From Muribaculaceae bacterium (lineage in GTDB: Bacteria; Bacteroidota; Bacteroidia; Bacteroidales; Muribaculaceae), in assembly GCA_016290765.1 (NCBI GenBank), contig JAEEVE010000001.1, forward strand, positions 1-49,900: 49,900 nt of DNA, written 5' to 3'. Below are positions 45,815-49,900 of this stretch, one piece after another. The notes below the pieces were generated by a model. The model had not been told where the DNA came from. It did not search any database and saw nothing but the letters and a program-made list of their open reading frames with translations. Position 1 is the stretch's first letter. Each line of letters starts with the position of its first letter. Made by a program: the position numbers and the translations under genes.

Positions 45815-45822
45815 CAAAGGTA
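45815..45822 (-). promoter_or_regulatory. -7 element for the NlpC/P60 gene
   Basis: CAAAGGTA = TACCTTTG on the minus strand. Confidence 0.55.
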
Positions 45823-45997
45823 CAGCAAACCCGGCTAGCATGCAACCTTGTGAAACACCTTTAAACATTTACACTCTTTAACATTCCAAGAGGGTCACCT
45901 TTGCTCAACTCCCACGACTACAAGGCTAAGAGCATATTACAGCATATATATTATGAAAAATGAAAACCGACAAAAATTACGTTTTTTAACGTTCTTT

Positions 45998-46075
45998 TTA
46001 GACTTTAGACCTTATATTAGACCTCGCTGCGCACTAGGAGAACGCCCTTTGGCTGGTAGAACTCGCTGTGCGCTT
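45998..46075 (+). repeat. Degenerate orphan array of TAGAC/GTAGA-hairpin units
   Basis: TTAGACTTTAGACC, TAGACCTCGCTGCGCACTA, GGAGAACGCCCTTTGGCTG, GTAGAACTCGCTGTGCGCTT. Confidence 0.5.
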
Positions 46076-47598
46076 TAGGCCTTAGTCGCTGTTATCAGCG
46101 CTAGCATGGCCTCGATAATTGTGCGGTCGTTGCTTAGGCGAGGCACTTTTCGCTGTCCACCCAACTTGCCTGTCGATGCAAGCCAGCGGTCAAACAATCC
46201 CTGCGGTGCCACGACCATAGTTGGCGGTACGAGGAAGATGCTTCCTGCACGCTTGGCCTGGTAGTCGCTGTTGCCTTCCTGCAAGTACTGGTCGACCAGC
46301 GTGATGAAATGGCGACGGTCGGCGGGCTCGACAGCAAACTCCACCAGCCATTGGTGATGCCCGCTCTGGCGGTCGCTGGCATAGACGGGGGCGACGGTGT
46401 AGTTAAGCACTTGGGCACCGGTCTCCTGTGCCGCTCGGGTGATGGCCTGGTCGGTATTGTGCACCATCACTTCCTCGCCAAAGGCGTTGATAAAGCTCTT
46501 GGTGCGTCCGGCAATCTTGATCTTGACGGGGTTGCGCTGCGTGACAGTAACCGTGTCACCGATACGGTAGCGCCACAAGCCGTTGCAGGCAGTAATGATG
46601 AGTTCGTAGGTGCGCCCCGGCTCCACCTCCCAGATGGGCAGCACATCGGGTTCACTGCTGTCGATCTGCTCGATGGGCAGGAACTCATAGAACACGCCAA
46701 TGTCGAGCAAGAGCATCATAGCAGTATCGTCCCAGAGGGTCTGCACAGCAAAGAATCCCTCGCTAGCATTGTAGGTGTCAAGGAAGTGCATGCGGCTCAT
46801 GTCGCAGATGGCCTCGTATTGCTCACGATAGGGCGCAAAGGCGATGCCTCCGTGGAAGAAAACCTCCAAGTTGGGCCACACCTCGTGGATGCACGACTTG
46901 CCCGTGCGTTCCAACACGCGACGCAGCACGGTAAGGAACCATGAGGGAACACCGCTCAGATTGGTGATATTCTGCCCGATGCTGGCTTCGACCAGAGCAG
47001 GCAGCTTCTCGTTCCAGTCGGCCATGAGCGCTACCTGCTTGCTAGGCACACGGAAGAGGTTGGCAAGAGGGTTGATATTTTGGATGAGAGTGGCGCTCAG
47101 ATCACCCACTTGCACACCGGGCTTGGTCTTCAGCTGGGTGGCGAACGAGCCGCCCAGAATCATTGCCTTTCCAGCGAAAATGCGACTTTGGGGATTCAGA
47201 TTTAAGTAGTGTGCCACCACATCACTTGCTCCCTGATAGTGGTTGCGCTTGAGTGCCTGAGGGGTAATGGGAATGAACTTGCTGCGCCCATCGCTAGTGC
47301 CGCTCGACTGTGCAAAGTTCCACGTGCGCCCAGGCCACAACACGCCCTGCTCGCCATCTACCATGCGCATGATCATAGGTCGCAGATCCTCGTATCGGTG
47401 CAAGGGCACACGCGTGGCAAAGTCGCGATAAGTGCGCACCGTCGAGAAGTCATAGCGACGGCCAAACGCTGTGAGCGCAGCAGTCTCGACAAGTTTGACC
47501 AACTCGCCCTGCTGAACAGCATCAGCATGGTCGATGAAACGTGTCTGCTCTTGCAGACGGTTGCGGAAGTGTCCCTTGACAAGCGGCGTAAAGTTCAT
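46075..47598 (-). CDS. GH3 auxin-responsive family protein (acyl-acid amido synthetase-like)
   Basis: SSGTS---SKFIP, YNASEGFF, YEF, GLWRYRIGD, GRTK, GGQRKVPRL. Confidence 0.9.
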   Translation of the reverse strand: MNFTPLVKGHFRNRLQEQTRFIDHADAVQQGELVKLVETAALTAFGRRYDFSTVRTYRDFATRVPLHRYEDLRPMIMRMVDGEQGVLWPGRTWNFAQSSGTSDGRSKFIPITPQALKRNHYQGASDVVAHYLNLNPQSRIFAGKAMILGGSFATQLKTKPGVQVGDLSATLIQNINPLANLFRVPSKQVALMADWNEKLPALVEASIGQNITNLSGVPSWFLTVLRRVLERTGKSCIHEVWPNLEVFFHGGIAFAPYREQYEAICDMSRMHFLDTYNASEGFFAVQTLWDDTAMMLLLDIGVFYEFLPIEQIDSSEPDVLPIWEVEPGRTYELIITACNGLWRYRIGDTVTVTQRNPVKIKIAGRTKSFINAFGEEVMVHNTDQAITRAAQETGAQVLNYTVAPVYASDRQSGHHQWLVEFAVEPADRRHFITLVDQYLQEGNSDYQAKRAGSIFLVPPTMVVAPQGLFDRWLASTGKLGGQRKVPRLSNDRTIIEAMLALITATKA

Positions 47599-47624
47599 TT
47601 CTTTCTATTGATCGATGGGTGAAT

Positions 47625-48602
47625 TCATTGAAGTTGCTGACCAGAATGTGTGATGCGTCCTGTTGAGTCGGTGACAACAAACAAAGGTGTACGAACAATG
47701 GGTATGCCTCCCAGCATCGGGTCCATGACGCCCCCTGGAGCCCACCAGTGAACCCATGTTGACGAGTCTTTACTGACCGTTCTGCTCCATTGCGCGGTAT
47801 CGGGGTCGACAAGCACGTCGGCCAATTGGAGTTTTTCACCCTCCCGACGCGCCATTGCACGCATCGAATCGATACATGCTTGCCGCGACTCGTCGTTGCG
47901 TGACCAGAATAGTAGCACCGTCGCGCGCTCATTGGCCTTCAGGTCCTCGAAACCCTTGCCTAGCCGGTAGAGGGTGAGAGTACTGATGCGCTCGGGCATG
48001 TCATGTTGCAGCTGCAACAAGTATTCCAATGTGCTTGTCAATCGCTGGGGACGCACTTCGGCATGGATGTCCTGCAGCAGTTGGCGCATACGCTTTCCGC
48101 CGTCAAGTTGGCCATAGTCGGCCACCAGCAGGACTGTTGAAAGCAGCTTGTCGGGATGCTGCCCAATATATTGCTCGATGAGGCGATCGATGGCTGCGGT
48201 ATCGTGACTGTCATAGGCCTGGTTGTTGTCCTTGCGGAACTTCATCCACTGCTCGGTCACCTCGTTTCCGCTCACTTGTGTGGTGGGCAGCTGCAGGCCA
48301 TCGCTCTTGACAGTCATCTTGTCGCCATTGTGCGCCACCAGTTGGGCGATAAGTTGCCCTTGCTGATCCCACATGCTCACCAAGGTGTATTCCTCACTGC
48401 TACCATGATAAGTTACTGAGTTCCCTTGTTCGAGCGTGACACGCTCGGTGACGATGCCATGGTCACCGTTATAAGCAATGATCACGATGCGCTCGGGCAT
48501 ACCGTCAAGCTGCGCCTGAATGGTGAAATCACTGCTTGAACAACTCGTCAACACCCCCAGCACAATGGCGAAGGCCCATCTCACAAATAAAATTCTATTC
48601 AC
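47625..48602 (-). CDS. DUF4369 lipoprotein with a degenerate thioredoxin-like domain
   Basis: GTG start, lipobox LTS-C; VLLFWS..; PLFVVTDSTGRI; no CxxC. Confidence 0.65.
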   Translation of the reverse strand: MNRILFVRWAFAIVLGVLTSCSSSDFTIQAQLDGMPERIVIIAYNGDHGIVTERVTLEQGNSVTYHGSSEEYTLVSMWDQQGQLIAQLVAHNGDKMTVKSDGLQLPTTQVSGNEVTEQWMKFRKDNNQAYDSHDTAAIDRLIEQYIGQHPDKLLSTVLLVADYGQLDGGKRMRQLLQDIHAEVRPQRLTSTLEYLLQLQHDMPERISTLTLYRLGKGFEDLKANERATVLLFWSRNDESRQACIDSMRAMARREGEKLQLADVLVDPDTAQWSRTVSKDSSTWVHWWAPGGVMDPMLGGIPIVRTPLFVVTDSTGRITHSGQQLQ

Positions 48603-48613
48603 TATCGAGAAAA

Positions 48614-48634
48614 GGTTTACAGTTTACAGTTTAT
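48614..48634 (+). repeat. Heptamer repeat AGTTTAC x3
   Basis: GGTTTAC AGTTTAC AGTTTAT. Confidence 0.65.
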
Positions 48635-48641
48635 AAGTATC

Positions 48642-49868
48642 CTACCGCAACGTCAGAGTAGTTGCCTGATCTAGTGTAATATGCTCGGCAGCACAGCGCA
48701 CCTGCTCGGGCGTGACAGCGGTGATGCACTCTACCATCTCATCAAGCGTGGTCACTTGCCCGTGACACAGCATATTGCGACCAGCACTCATCGCCATCCA
48801 TTCGGCACTGTCGGCAGCCAGTAGCAACTGACCGCAATACTGGCGCTTGGCAGCATCTAGGCGACGCTCGGTGAGACAATTATTGGCCAAATCACGTGTC
48901 ACATGGTCTATCACGCGCATACTCGAGCGAATGTCGCTGGGATCGCAACCCATATACACCTGCATCATGCCGCAGTCGCTCAGGAGCGATAGGGTTGACT
49001 CAACGGTGTAGACATATCCTCGTCGCTCACGCAACTGGACATTCAGCAATGAGTTCATCCCTGGCCCGCCCAGAATATTATTAAGCAATGATAGGGCAAA
49101 CCGCTGATCGCTGTACATGCTAGGCAACCGCATCGCCACCACAGTGTGTGCCTGGTGCAGGTGCATCTCGACAGTGTGCTGACTAGGAGCGTTGACGCGC
49201 GGTACCTTGCGCGGCACACGCTGCAGGGGGCAATCCATTCCGCCCATGTGACGCTCAGCCAAACGGAATGCCCGCTCAGGTACCATGTTACCCACCACGA
49301 AAAAGGCCATATTGTCGGGTACATAAAGCGACTTGAGGTAGTTCATGCAGTGGTCCGACCCTAGACCGCGCAGGTGCTCCTCAATGCCCAGGATATTGTG
49401 CCCCAAGGCACTGCCAGCAAACAAGATGTCCTCGACATCGTCGTAGACGGCATCACCCGGCGTGTCGCGATAGCTGTCGGCTTCCTCGAGCACCACGTCG
49501 CGTTCACGCTCAATCTCGTCTTTAGGGAAGGTTGAGCAGCATACCAGGTCGGCCAGCAATTCGACTGCACGCGCCAAGTGCTCGGCCGGGAACACCGAGT
49601 AGACCATCGTATTCTCCTTGGTGGTATAGGCATTGAGCTCTCCACCGATGCTCTCCATGCGGTTGATGATGTGCCATGAGCGGCGATGTGTCGTACCCTT
49701 GAAAATAGTGTGCTCGACAAAGTGTGCCAGCCCATACTGGCCCTCGCCGTCGTCACGGCTACCGGCATTCACCGCCAGGCCACACCATGCCACTGGCGAA
49801 CTGGTGCGCACATGCACCATCCGCAATCCATTGGTCAACGTATGTGGCGTGTAGATATTGTCGCTCAT
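48642..49868 (-). CDS. M16B family zinc peptidase
   Basis: AGSRD, GLAHFVEH--FKGT (HxxEH), GGELNAYT, LRERRGYVY. Confidence 0.93.
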   Translation of the reverse strand: MSDNIYTPHTLTNGLRMVHVRTSSPVAWCGLAVNAGSRDDGEGQYGLAHFVEHTIFKGTTHRRSWHIINRMESIGGELNAYTTKENTMVYSVFPAEHLARAVELLADLVCCSTFPKDEIERERDVVLEEADSYRDTPGDAVYDDVEDILFAGSALGHNILGIEEHLRGLGSDHCMNYLKSLYVPDNMAFFVVGNMVPERAFRLAERHMGGMDCPLQRVPRKVPRVNAPSQHTVEMHLHQAHTVVAMRLPSMYSDQRFALSLLNNILGGPGMNSLLNVQLRERRGYVYTVESTLSLLSDCGMMQVYMGCDPSDIRSSMRVIDHVTRDLANNCLTERRLDAAKRQYCGQLLLAADSAEWMAMSAGRNMLCHGQVTTLDEMVECITAVTPEQVRCAAEHITLDQATTLTLR

Positions 49869-49900
49869 TGTTTTCGGCGCATGGTGACGAAATCGTAGGC

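Noticed and set aside
47625-48602. Active TlpA/thioredoxin redox protein
   Set aside because: No CxxC at the expected position (LLFWSRNDESR); kept as a degenerate DUF4369 lipoprotein.
1-49900. tRNA, rRNA, IS transposase or prophage genes
   Set aside because: None recognised by eye; intergenic gaps are short and accounted for. tRNAscan/Infernal were not run.

Overview
Chromosomal window from a Bacteroidales bacterium (inferred from TAnnTTTG promoters, A-rich start contexts lacking SD sites and Bacteroidetes-type dcw order). In order it holds: mgtE (5' truncated), a carboxy(nor)spermidine/saccharopine dehydrogenase, cdd, a GH73, an NfeD-SPFH pair, three tandem secreted CotH kinases (one with a T9SS-CTD-like tail, two with C-terminal dockerins), GT4, a lipoprotein, a UPF0104 flippase, a DUF2490 barrel, a Cthe_2159 lipoprotein, a LytS/LytTR pair, the dcw cluster (rsmH-ftsL-ftsI-murE-mraY-murD-ftsW-murG-murC-ftsQ-ftsA-ftsZ, no mraZ), an M48 peptidase, nadK, pdxJ, prolyl oligopeptidase, an SH3-SPOR protein, an LRR-dockerin protein, frr, comM and a minus-strand block (DUF3667, PPTase, NlpC/P60, GH3, DUF4369, M16). 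The most striking signal is two small AT-rich genes (a four-helix-bundle protein and a GxxExxY nuclease-like protein) inserted on either side of murC. Each is bracketed by its own inverted arrays of short repeats, and one array type carries covarying GNA-triloop mini-hairpins. Gene-less 7-9 bp tandem arrays occur at most other dcw junctions, which suggests a repeat-flanked minimal mobile cassette system. All family assignments come from motif recognition by eye; no database search was run.
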